From a virus, in IMG/VR virus record IMGVR_UViG_3300038463_000594: DNA of 33,772 nt. One strand, 5' to 3'. A program made the position numbers and the translations under genes. Shown here piece by piece: positions 23,368-31,955 of this stretch. The notes under the pieces are model-generated. The model ran no database searches, was not told the DNA's origin, and saw nothing but the letters and a program-made list of their open reading frames with translations. The first letter of the stretch is position 1, and each line of letters starts with the position of its first letter.

Positions 23368-24700
23368 GTTTGTCCCCCGAGCTTATCAGATACCTCTTAT
23401 CAATGCCCTCGAGTCTGGCAAATACAGACGTATATTGGCCATATGGCATCGCCGTGCTGGCAAAGATATCGTAGCATTCAACCTTATGATTCGTGCAGCT
23501 CTGACCAAGGTGGGAGTCTATTATTATATATTCGGTACCTATTCACAATGCCGTAAAGTAATATGGGATTCTATTACCTCTTCTGGGCAGAAGTTCTTAG
23601 ACTTTATACCCAAAGAACTGGTGACTAATACTCATTCTACTGAGATGAAGATAACCCTGCTCAATGGATCAATCATACAACTGGTTGGATCGGATAATAT
23701 AGATTCACTTATGGGAACCAATCCTATAGGTGTTTGCTTTTCTGAGTATGCTTTACAGGATCCTACCGCATACCAATTTATTCGCCCCATACTGGTAGCT
23801 AATGGTGGGTGGAGTATATTCATATCAACTCCTCGAGGAAAGAATCACCTGTTTGATCTGTATCGCATAGCTGTGGATAACCCAGAGACATGGTTTACTT
23901 CTAAGTTAACCATTGAGGATACGGGAATTATATCCAAAGAAGAGATAGATCGTGAGATAAAAGAGGGACTTATTAGTGAAGATCTGTCACTTCAAGAGTA
24001 CTATTGTAGCTTTACCATGGGTGTTGAGGGTGCATATTACAGTAAATATATAGATAATCTTCGTCTTCGCACGCAGATCACAAATGTTCCGTGGGAGGCC
24101 GCTTTCCCTGTTCATACCGCATGGGATATAGGGGTACGTGATAGTACTGCCATCATATTTTTTCAGCAAATTGGTACCACGGTTCGCATCATAGATTTCT
24201 ATGAGAAGTCCAAAGAGGGCTTAGAACATTATATTAAGTACTTAGACTCCAAACCTTATAAGTATGGAAAGCATATAGCGCCTCATGATATAGCGGTACG
24301 AGAGTTTGGATCAGGAATGACGAGATTGGAGAAGGCTAAGAACTTAGGGATACGATTCATAGTTGCTGATAACATAAGCATAATGGATGGGATAGAGGCT
24401 GTGCGATCCGCTTTTAGTAAAGTATATATAGATCAAAACAATTGTTCATTGCTTATCAAGGCGCTCGAGAACTATAGGCAAGAGTGGGACTCTAAGAAAA
24501 AAGTATATTCTCCTCATCCTCTGCATGATAATAATTCGCACGCGGCAGACGCGATGCGATATCTGTGTGTATCGTTGTCCAAGACTTCAGATGGTATGAG
24601 TGCTAAGGATGCACAGAGCCTTAAGTCTATGGCTATGGGTGGGCATGCACGAGTAGGTGGAGATTTCTTTAATGATCCTATGGGAATGCAGAAATATTAA
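23342..24700 (+). CDS. terL: Terminase large subunit
   Basis: 452 aa. Walker-A-like HRRAGKD. Nuclease-domain motifs AWDIGVRDSTAIIFFQ and NSHAADAMRY. Confidence 0.9.
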   Translation: MTKIINLDKFVPRAYQIPLINALESGKYRRILAIWHRRAGKDIVAFNLMIRAALTKVGVYYYIFGTYSQCRKVIWDSITSSGQKFLDFIPKELVTNTHSTEMKITLLNGSIIQLVGSDNIDSLMGTNPIGVCFSEYALQDPTAYQFIRPILVANGGWSIFISTPRGKNHLFDLYRIAVDNPETWFTSKLTIEDTGIISKEEIDREIKEGLISEDLSLQEYYCSFTMGVEGAYYSKYIDNLRLRTQITNVPWEAAFPVHTAWDIGVRDSTAIIFFQQIGTTVRIIDFYEKSKEGLEHYIKYLDSKPYKYGKHIAPHDIAVREFGSGMTRLEKAKNLGIRFIVADNISIMDGIEAVRSAFSKVYIDQNNCSLLIKALENYRQEWDSKKKVYSPHPLHDNNSHAADAMRYLCVSLSKTSDGMSAKDAQSLKSMAMGGHARVGGDFFNDPMGMQKY

Positions 24701-24709
24701 GGAGATGCT

Positions 24710-25168
24710 ATGGCGTGGAATGCGGTGGATATGAAAGAACTTATTGGAAAAGTGATACATAAAATATATATCAACGAAGATGACAACGTTCTTAAGTTCA
24801 TAGTGGAAAATGGCGAGATGTTCTATGGAGCAGTAGGAGATTGCTGCTCTCGCTGCTGGTTTAATGATATTCTCTATCCGCATCTTAATGATGGCGATGT
24901 CATGTTTGTTTTCGATGTAAAAAATCTAGATGGAGATAATGTTTCTTCAGATCCAAGCCCTAAAGATGAAAAGTATAATGATTTTATAGGCGCCTGTATC
25001 GATTATCATGGCATACAAATAAGAACATCTAAGGGAGATATTACCATTACTTATAGAAATGTTTCTAACGGTTATTATAAGGGATCATGTTTTTTAATGG
25101 ATGATCGTTATAGTGAATTAAGAGATAGGCATAATCGAGAAGATACTTGGCGAGAATGGAAGGAGTGA
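24710..25168 (+). CDS. Hypothetical protein inserted between terL and portal (GDCCS..W / SNGYY motif family)
   Basis: 152 aa. GGAG SD. Followed by a 117-bp non-coding gap holding a promoter-like element. Confidence 0.7.
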   Translation: MAWNAVDMKELIGKVIHKIYINEDDNVLKFIVENGEMFYGAVGDCCSRCWFNDILYPHLNDGDVMFVFDVKNLDGDNVSSDPSPKDEKYNDFIGACIDYHGIQIRTSKGDITITYRNVSNGYYKGSCFLMDDRYSELRDRHNREDTWREWKE

Positions 25169-25229
25169 CTATCAAAGTCAAGGACAGCATGAGTTCTATT
25201 CTCGTCCGGGGCGCCATATAAAGAATAAC

Positions 25230-25258
25230 TTGCCTTACCATCTGTTGCTTTTTAGAAT
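25230..25258 (+). promoter_or_regulatory. Sigma70-like promoter upstream of the portal gene
   Basis: TTGCCT-17 nt-TAGAAT. Confidence 0.4.
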
Positions 25259-25291
25259 GGGTCTATATTAAAAAGATTAAAGGGGATGTCT

Positions 25292-27424
25292 ATGTCACAG
25301 TTTCCTAATATTCCACAGATGTTTCAGAATACAGACAAGTATGGAAGCACCGGCATTCTTCAGCGATACGAAACATTTTACCTTGATGCGGTCACTCCCA
25401 ATCAACAGTTCTGGAGTGAGGCGTCGGTTGATACACGATTTTATGCGGGTGATCAGTCTGTATGGAATGAATATTATGGAAACACGCGCATATCCAATAA
25501 CCGACAATTTAACTTTAACTTGATTCGTCCCGTTGTAGAAATGATCAGCGGCTACCAACGTCGTAACCGTAAATCGACGGTCGTGGTTCCGGTATCCAAT
25601 GCAGATGACCATACAGCCGACCAGTTTACTAAGATACTTATGTGGCAAGCAAACCAAGAAGGCACGCTTGAAACCATATCTGAAGCATTCCAAGGCGCTC
25701 TCATATCAGGCATGAACCTGTTACAGGTATGGGTGGACTATCGTGCCGATCCTATATCAGGAGATATTAAAGTTACCAATCGTTCGTATAATACGGTGGT
25801 GCTTGATCCTTACTTTAAGAGACAGGATCTTTCTGATTGCCGGTTCATTATGACGCGTTCATATATGTCCAAGCAGGAGATTGCTTCATTGCTTCCTGAT
25901 AACGCAGCGCAGGTTATGAATATGGATGCGATTGGTAATCGTGATGGCAAGTTCCAGTATATGCCCGAGACTTATAACTATAATATGAACAACTTACTTA
26001 TGTATGATGAGTTTTATTATAGGGACTACCGTGAGCAAAAACTTATTGTTGATGAGCGCACCGGCGCAACCATGGAATGGACCGGTACGGACGAAGAGCT
26101 TAAGATGTATTTGTATGCTATGCAAGGTGTATCGGTCGTTAACCAAACCATTCCGACCGTCAAGATGGCCATTATTGTTCAGGGCCAAGTTATGTATGAT
26201 GGGCCCAATCCTTTGGGGATTGATGAGTATGGATTCGTTCCTGTTCTAGCCTATTATACTCCTGAGCTCCCCTACCTTCAGTTCCGTATGCAAGGGGTGG
26301 TTCGTTGCTTAAGAGATGCCCAATATCTCTACAATCGCCGTAAAATTATTGAACTTGATATTCTCGAGTCGCAAATCAACTCTGGTTGGATAGCAAAAGA
26401 GGATTCGGTTGTTGATCCTCAAGAGCTCTATAAGACCGGCCAGGGCCAAGTTATATGGAAGAAATCGCACACGATGCCTGAAGATCTTATCCAGGTGCAG
26501 GCAGCACAGGTGCCACCATCTATGTTCCAAGCTTCAGATAACCTTGCTGATCTTATCAATAAGATATCAGGAGCTAATGAAGAGCTTATGGGATCTGCGG
26601 TTGATGATAAAGCCGGCATACTCTCTATGCTGCGCCAAGGTGCAGGTCTTACAACCCTGCAAAGACTCTTTGACCAGCTTGATTTCTCTCAAAAACTACT
26701 TGGTCGTATCATGATACAGATCATCCAGGCTAACTTTGCACCAGGCAAGATAGGCATGATTCTTTCAGAAGAGCCGTCAGAGCGATTCTTTAGTAAGAAC
26801 TTTGGGCGCTATGATGCTGCCGTTGAAGAAGGGTTTAATACGTCTACCCAACGACAAATGCAATTTGCTCAATTGTTACACCTTCGTGAAGTGGGCATTA
26901 ACATTCCTGAAGAAACTATTATCAATGCTGCTACCTTACAAGATAAAAGGGATCTCATTGAACAACTTAAACAGCAGCAGCAACAGCAGCAACAAATGCA
27001 GCAGGCGCAAGCGCAATCGGAGATGCAAGAACAGCAAGCAACCATACAAATGGCGCAAGCGCGTGCAGATGCTGATAGAGGATTGGCTGAAGAACGCATA
27101 AGCAGAGTTAGTGAGAACCAGGCACTGGCGGTAGAGCGTATGAGCCAAGCCTATAAAGAAGAAGAAGAAGCGCTCCTTAATAAGGTTAAGATCCTTAAAG
27201 AGCTTCAATCAATAGACTTAACTCACTTAGAAAAGCTCAATTCATTAGCGCGATCTATGAAGCAAGAAGAGCATGAGGACATTATCCGTCATGCGGCACA
27301 GCAAAGTGCTCTGATGCGGGAGATGGAAAACTCTTCCAATAATAATAGGATGCAAGAACAGGCCATGGCGGCACAACCTCCCGTTATGGAACAAGTAGAT
27401 AGAGGTCAAAACCTTGCAGCTTAG
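25292..27424 (+). CDS. Portal protein with long C-terminal Gln/Glu-rich coiled coil
   Basis: 710 aa from ATG 25292 (AAAGGGG SD 6 nt upstream; an alternative ATG is at 25286). First large ORF after terL. C-terminus ...LKQQQQQQQQMQQAQAQSEMQEQQ..., reminiscent of P22-type portal barrels. Confidence 0.75.
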   Translation: MSQFPNIPQMFQNTDKYGSTGILQRYETFYLDAVTPNQQFWSEASVDTRFYAGDQSVWNEYYGNTRISNNRQFNFNLIRPVVEMISGYQRRNRKSTVVVPVSNADDHTADQFTKILMWQANQEGTLETISEAFQGALISGMNLLQVWVDYRADPISGDIKVTNRSYNTVVLDPYFKRQDLSDCRFIMTRSYMSKQEIASLLPDNAAQVMNMDAIGNRDGKFQYMPETYNYNMNNLLMYDEFYYRDYREQKLIVDERTGATMEWTGTDEELKMYLYAMQGVSVVNQTIPTVKMAIIVQGQVMYDGPNPLGIDEYGFVPVLAYYTPELPYLQFRMQGVVRCLRDAQYLYNRRKIIELDILESQINSGWIAKEDSVVDPQELYKTGQGQVIWKKSHTMPEDLIQVQAAQVPPSMFQASDNLADLINKISGANEELMGSAVDDKAGILSMLRQGAGLTTLQRLFDQLDFSQKLLGRIMIQIIQANFAPGKIGMILSEEPSERFFSKNFGRYDAAVEEGFNTSTQRQMQFAQLLHLREVGINIPEETIINAATLQDKRDLIEQLKQQQQQQQQMQQAQAQSEMQEQQATIQMAQARADADRGLAEERISRVSENQALAVERMSQAYKEEEEALLNKVKILKELQSIDLTHLEKLNSLARSMKQEEHEDIIRHAAQQSALMREMENSSNNNRMQEQAMAAQPPVMEQVDRGQNLAA

Positions 27425-27448
27425 CTGCAGTTTCTACAAGGATGTAGT

Positions 27449-27703
27449 ATGGCAAAACACAAAAGACATCATGATGCAATGATGAATCGTGATGTAGCGG
27501 GACGTGAAGGACAACAACATGGCGCAATGATCAAAAATGATCGTTCAATGCCATCTAATCTTCCTCAAGACGTGATGATGAAGTCATATCCTGAGCAAGG
27601 TTTCTTCAATAGCTACATAGATGACAGCATCTATGGGATTGATGGCCAGCATGAAGAAGGCGTTAAAGGTCTGAAAAGACAAGTTCGCTCACGCATGTTC
27701 TAA
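27449..27703 (+). CDS. Small basic head-module protein
   Basis: 84 aa. MAKHKRHHDAMMNRD...NLPQDVMMKSYP...DDSIYGIDGQ. Confidence 0.65.
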   Translation: MAKHKRHHDAMMNRDVAGREGQQHGAMIKNDRSMPSNLPQDVMMKSYPEQGFFNSYIDDSIYGIDGQHEEGVKGLKRQVRSRMF

Positions 27704-27714
27704 AAACATTATTG

Positions 27715-27744
27715 GGGGAACGGACCACAGCATGAAAGTTCCCC
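27715..27744 (+). other. Hairpin, possible diverged third copy of the 16502/18082 element
   Basis: GGGGAACGGACCACAGCATGAAAGTTCCCC. 7-bp stem. The loop ...CCACAGCATGAAA compares with CCATAAGCAGTGAAA. Confidence 0.35.
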
Positions 27745-27763
27745 TGATAAATAAAGGTAAATC

Positions 27764-27937
27764 ATGATAATGCCAAGGCCTAAAACTAAAGCCACTAAGA
27801 TAGCTCAAGCCATTACGGGGATTCCACAGAACCTCAAGAATGGTAATGATGCGGTCTATAAGAAGTCGGGGCCTGACTATGGGTTCACCTATGGTCATCG
27901 TCTGACGGGAACTATTCTACGAGGTGGAGGAAGTTAA
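27764..27937 (+). CDS. 57-aa basic protein below the ORF-track cut-off (tentative)
   Basis: MIMPRPKTKATKIAQAITGIPQNLKNGNDAVYKKSGPDYGFTYGHRLTGTILRGGGS. Same strand as its neighbours. It fills the gap better than the antisense 27689..27898 ORF. Confidence 0.5.
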   Translation: MIMPRPKTKATKIAQAITGIPQNLKNGNDAVYKKSGPDYGFTYGHRLTGTILRGGGS

Positions 27938-27938
27938 T

Positions 27939-28238
27939 ATGAAAAAGAAAGTAGCAGTTGCTAAGGGAGTGAAGGTTGCCCATGGCGTTGAAAGCAAGAT
28001 GCGAGAAAAGGAAGGATCCTCTTCAGCAGGAAAATATAAGCATGTTGCTCCTAAAGATTTCGCTGGCAAAGCTGGCGGCGCAAGCAGCTATTCTTTTCCT
28101 ATCAATACTTTGGCTCACGCGCGTAATGCGCTAGCACGCGCTCACTTTGCACCAGACCCTGAAGGCATCAAGAGATCGGTGTATGCGAAGTGGCCTGAAT
28201 TAAAGGCAAGGAAGAAAGCTCGTGAGAAAAAGGACTAA
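27939..28238 (+). CDS. Small basic protein (FPI...HARNALARA motif family)
   Basis: 99 aa from ATG 27939 (GGAGGA SD 8 nt upstream). The ORF-track GTG at 27924 is less likely. Confidence 0.65.
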   Translation: MKKKVAVAKGVKVAHGVESKMREKEGSSSAGKYKHVAPKDFAGKAGGASSYSFPINTLAHARNALARAHFAPDPEGIKRSVYAKWPELKARKKAREKKD

Positions 28239-28296
28239 CTTTAACTTAAGTAATTTTGTATCTCAAAAATTAACCCGTAAGGGAAGGAAGTATACC

Positions 28297-28602
28297 ATGC
28301 CAAAATCTGATAAAATGTGTGATTCATGCAAATGCAAAGTTAATATGATGCATGAGATGAAAAAAGATAAGCATAAAGAAGATAAATCAAAGAAGCATGA
28401 AGAGCATAAAGATAAAATGAAAAAAGATCCTAAGTCTAAGCAGGTAAGTGTTGGTCGTGAAAAAATCGACAAAGTTATGCATGAATATGGCATGGGAGAA
28501 CTTCACTCTGGTTCAAAAATGGGCCCTAAAGTAACCAGTCCACGTCAAGCAGTTGCGATAGCATATTCAGAAGCTAAGCGCTCCCGAAAAAAGAAAAAAT
28601 AA
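28297..28602 (+). CDS. Small Lys/His-rich protein with DUF6496-like C-terminus
   Basis: 101 aa from ATG 28297 (GGGAAGGAAG SD). KVMHEYGMGELHSGSKMGPKVTSPRQAVAIAYSEAKR matches the family pattern I recall. Confidence 0.6.
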   Translation: MPKSDKMCDSCKCKVNMMHEMKKDKHKEDKSKKHEEHKDKMKKDPKSKQVSVGREKIDKVMHEYGMGELHSGSKMGPKVTSPRQAVAIAYSEAKRSRKKKK

Positions 28603-29183
28603 TGACTAAATCATTAAAGCATGACCGACCTACGGTTGGAACACTGGTTTATGATACATTACAGCAAAGCCCTGATACTCATGATGTAAGAGATCAGGGT
28701 GGCGAGATGATAAAGCCTTACTTAGGAGAGCTCTTCAAGTCTGTTGATACGGGAAAAGAGCTCTTCCCTGGCGATTTCTTTATTGAAGTACAACAACAAC
28801 GGTTCAGGCTTTTACACAAAGTATTACGCAACTATTTTATTCCGCGTTCTACGTGTCCTACACCCAATTATGATCAATCCGTATACCGATTTGACCGTAA
28901 AAAAGATGAACTTGAGTATATTTGGACCCTTCCAGATCGGGAAAGCGCTTTTGATTTAATCGCCAATGCATTGACAATCGAAGATGAATATCGTGAACTG
29001 TTGCAGTATGTGCTTGAATTTAAAGATGGAACCCTTTTTAAGTTAGCACAGAAGCTCAATAATGAAGATAGTCTCAAAACCGGTGTTATATTAAAGGTGT
29101 TGGATGACAAACAATCAAATGAACCAGAAAAGCATAGTAGAAGAGTTGACCGACTCGTACAACCAGATGGCTCAGCCTGCTGA
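28602..29183 (+). CDS. Head-module protein, function unknown
   Basis: 193 aa. ATG overlaps the previous stop (TAATG). Confidence 0.7.
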   Translation: MTKSLKHDRPTVGTLVYDTLQQSPDTHDVRDQGGEMIKPYLGELFKSVDTGKELFPGDFFIEVQQQRFRLLHKVLRNYFIPRSTCPTPNYDQSVYRFDRKKDELEYIWTLPDRESAFDLIANALTIEDEYRELLQYVLEFKDGTLFKLAQKLNNEDSLKTGVILKVLDDKQSNEPEKHSRRVDRLVQPDGSAC

Positions 29184-29988
29184 ACAAGCAGCATCTCAAG
29201 AGCAACTGGTCGAGTCAGAGCCATTAGAGGAATCATCCCCGGTTAATGAAGAAGAGTCTACCCCGATAAACAACCAAAGACCGGTCATTGAAGAAGCTGA
29301 ATCGGCACCACAGTCTGGTCCAAGCAAAGCTATGCGAGATATGCGTCTTAAAGCTGAGCGAGCAGATCAATTGCAACGTGAACGCGATGAAGCAATACAA
29401 TATGCGCAAGATGTTGAAAGGCAGATAATGCGTGCTATGCAACAGCAGCAAATTCCTTTTGAACAAGAAGAGCCTGATTATGATTATAATAACTTAGACG
29501 ATGATGACTTAATAAGCGCTAAGGATCTTAAAAGATCTCTGGCCTCAGAGCAAAAGAAAAGAGCTCAACTTGAAGCTCAGATGCGACAGTCACAACAAAA
29601 CTCATATCGTACTTCTACCATGGCTAACCTTAAAGCTTCCTACAATGACTATGACCAGGTCATGAGTAAGGAAAATATAGCCCAATTAGAACAAATGAGA
29701 CCAGGGCTCGCCCGTTCATTAGCAACTAACCCTGACTTGGCTGAAATGGCCCGAGAGACATATAATATTATTAAAGACTTAGGTATATACCGGGCGGAAC
29801 AACCATCCTATTCGGCGCCTAAGAAACAAATACAGGCCAATACGGCCAAGCCTCGCTCGGCTAACTCGGTATCCCCTCAATCGGGAGACACCCCTCTTAA
29901 TAAAGCAAATATGTTTGCTAATGGGTTAACTGCTGAAGTCAAAGCGGCACTATGGGCCGATATGCAAAAAAACAGAAGTTGGTCATAA
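29104..29988 (+). CDS. Scaffolding-protein candidate
   Basis: 294 aa (or 273 aa from ATG 29167). Acidic N-terminus, Q/E/R-rich coiled coil. Last head gene before the capsid gene apart from the HNH island. Confidence 0.55.
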   Translation: MTNNQMNQKSIVEELTDSYNQMAQPAEQAASQEQLVESEPLEESSPVNEEESTPINNQRPVIEEAESAPQSGPSKAMRDMRLKAERADQLQRERDEAIQYAQDVERQIMRAMQQQQIPFEQEEPDYDYNNLDDDDLISAKDLKRSLASEQKKRAQLEAQMRQSQQNSYRTSTMANLKASYNDYDQVMSKENIAQLEQMRPGLARSLATNPDLAEMARETYNIIKDLGIYRAEQPSYSAPKKQIQANTAKPRSANSVSPQSGDTPLNKANMFANGLTAEVKAALWADMQKNRSWS

Positions 29989-30063
29989 GTTCTTTCTTGT
30001 TCTCCTTGTTTTATTCGATCAAGGCTGTTCATATTACTATCATGGTATGAATGGCCTTGTAAT

Positions 30064-30837
30064 TTATCTCTTTCTATTATTTGAATTCTCTTTGGGTGTA
30101 ACCCATCGACAGTTTTCTTTCTCATAGTTTCCATTATTATCGATTCTATCAAGTTGTTTCCCTTCAGGTCTAAATCCCATATCTAATAAGAAACCACTAA
30201 ATGTATGCCATCTATCACAAATCTTTATTCCACGAGCACCATAGTATTTATAATTCGAATTTGTCTCACTGTTGCATCTTGATTTCATTGATCGCCATGT
30301 TATATAAGTTGGTTCATTATTCATACCATGCTTAGTAATATTACATCTATTGCATTGCCTTGTTCTTCCAAGTTTCAATCTAGACGCTGCTATCTTTAAT
30401 TCTCTTCCGCATTCGCATTGACATAATACATATCGAGCGGTTGGTTTTTTTGAAGCGCTAATATGCAATAATAGTTCTTCATCTTTATAGATTCTTTCAT
30501 TGCCTACTATCTTAAATTCTCTACAAAATATCTTTCTTTCTTCCCTTGGTACATAAATAACGACTTGTTTAACAAGCCACTTACCATATATTTTCCCAAT
30601 CATTTCTTCGGTATTTATATATCGTTCTTTTTTGCTACATTCAGAGCACTGTGATGATCTACCATTTTTTAAATTAACTGATCTTACGGGTTTTATGGTT
30701 CCGCATTCACACTTACAGTTATAATATTTATATATTGCCGAACTGTTCTGATTAACTTTTATTTCTTCTATAACTTTCCATCTTCCAAACGTATTTCCTA
30801 TCATTCCTACTATTCCTACTTGCTTGTCATTTGTCAT
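30064..30837 (-). CDS. Free-standing HNH-like endonuclease with two N-terminal Zn-ribbon repeats
   Basis: 257 aa. C-terminus TYITWRSMKSRCNSETNSNYKYYGARGIKICDRWHTFSGFLLDMGFRPEGKQLDRIDNNGNYEKENCRWVTPKEN, a family usually annotated as HNH endonuclease in phages. Two CxCxCG...CxxC repeats. Visibly more AT-rich than its flanks. Confidence 0.7.
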   Translation of the reverse strand: MTNDKQVGIVGMIGNTFGRWKVIEEIKVNQNSSAIYKYYNCKCECGTIKPVRSVNLKNGRSSQCSECSKKERYINTEEMIGKIYGKWLVKQVVIYVPREERKIFCREFKIVGNERIYKDEELLLHISASKKPTARYVLCQCECGRELKIAASRLKLGRTRQCNRCNITKHGMNNEPTYITWRSMKSRCNSETNSNYKYYGARGIKICDRWHTFSGFLLDMGFRPEGKQLDRIDNNGNYEKENCRWVTPKENSNNRKR

Positions 30838-30855
30838 TATTGTATATCTAATCTT

Positions 30856-30954
30856 AGCGCATCGGAGAAGTCGCTACCTCCATCTATTCCTATCGAGCGT
30901 ATCGAAGAAGTCGCTCCCTTCAATAAAAGGCGTATTTTTAAGAGTCGCCACCTT
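30856..30954. repeat. Three spaced copies of a GTCGC[TC][AC]CCT[CT] motif upstream of the capsid gene
   Basis: Cores at 30870-30880, 30910-30920 and 30944-30954. The first two sit in ~27-nt imperfect direct repeats, AGCGCATCGGAGAAGTCGCTACCTCCA and AGCGTATCGAAGAAGTCGCTCCCTTCA. Confidence 0.7.
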
Positions 30955-30992
30955 AAGTAAAAGTATTCAATCATTAATACTAAGGATAACTT

Positions 30993-31940
30993 ATGGCAAT
31001 AACAACCACAAGTACTCTTCCTAGCCCAGTGCAGCAAACATTTAATATGAAGCTGTTGGCGGTGCCTGTTCCGTATCTCATCATGAAGATACCTGCAATG
31101 AAAGAAAAGCTACCACGCAATGGTGGTAATACCATGAGATTCAGACGTTACAATCCACTTGTACCTTCAACAGTGCCATTGGGTAACTCTGGTATAACTC
31201 CCCCATCTCAGAACTTGACCGCATTAGATATTGATGCGCAAATATCTTGGTATGGGCAGTGGTTAGAAATTAACGAACAAGTAGTATTGCAAAACCAAGA
31301 AGCAGTTCTTAATGAAGCTGCTATTCGTCTTGGCGTAGCAATGAGAGAAACTGAAGATTTACTCGTTTCTACTATGTTGGCTACTACCGCAACACAAATT
31401 AACTGCGTGTACGGTACTAACGGTCAAAACCCAACCAATCTCACTAAGACTGATATCGACAATGTGGTTAAGACATTGCTTGGTGCTAGTGCTCATATGT
31501 TTACTGATAACATTGAAGGTGATTTGAAGTTTGGTACATCTCCTGTTCGTCCGTCTTACATTGCGCTGGCGCATACGGACTTAACCAGCAACTTGAATAA
31601 CGTTCAGAACTTTATTAACTCATCTCAATATCCTAACCAACAACGCGTGTTGGATGGCGAGTGGGGATCAGTTGATAACATGAGATTCTTGGTATCACAA
31701 TACGGATCTATATCTGCTAATGCTTCTTCTGCTGCACAGAACGTATACAACATATTCTGCTGCGCTAAAGAATCTTATGCCGTTGTTGATCAGGAAGGTG
31801 CAACACCAATATTTATTTACAGACCTGCGGTATATTCTGGTCCATTGGCTCAGAACGTTACGGTTGGCTATAAATTTGCTCAAGTTCCACGCTTACTCAA
31901 TGATGCATGGTTGGCTAATCTTCGTGCAACATTAAGTTAA
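30993..31940 (+). CDS. Major capsid protein (HK97 fold, N4-gp56-like family)
   Basis: 315 aa. AAGGA SD. Position after the scaffold candidate. Overall pattern (GGNTMRFRRY...ISWYGQWLEINEQ...) resembles the N4-gp56 capsid family from memory. Confidence 0.75.
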   Translation: MAITTTSTLPSPVQQTFNMKLLAVPVPYLIMKIPAMKEKLPRNGGNTMRFRRYNPLVPSTVPLGNSGITPPSQNLTALDIDAQISWYGQWLEINEQVVLQNQEAVLNEAAIRLGVAMRETEDLLVSTMLATTATQINCVYGTNGQNPTNLTKTDIDNVVKTLLGASAHMFTDNIEGDLKFGTSPVRPSYIALAHTDLTSNLNNVQNFINSSQYPNQQRVLDGEWGSVDNMRFLVSQYGSISANASSAAQNVYNIFCCAKESYAVVDQEGATPIFIYRPAVYSGPLAQNVTVGYKFAQVPRLLNDAWLANLRATLS

Positions 31941-31955
31941 TTTAAGGAGATTATT

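Noticed and set aside
26972-27016. CAG/CAA repeat (poly-Gln) in the portal as a phase-variable tract
   Set aside because: Imperfect, short and in frame. It is more simply a coiled-coil or barrel composition feature.
26802-27208. Several overlapping ORFs on both strands inside the portal 3' region
   Set aside because: Artefacts of the CAG/CAA/GAA-rich coiled-coil coding sequence. The portal frame is continuous and explains the region.
29104-29183. Programmed frameshift fusing the 193-aa ORF to the scaffold candidate across their 80-nt overlap
   Set aside because: No slippery heptamer in the overlap (CCAGAAAAGC is not X_XXY_YYZ). An internal ATG at 29167 reduces the overlap to 17 nt.
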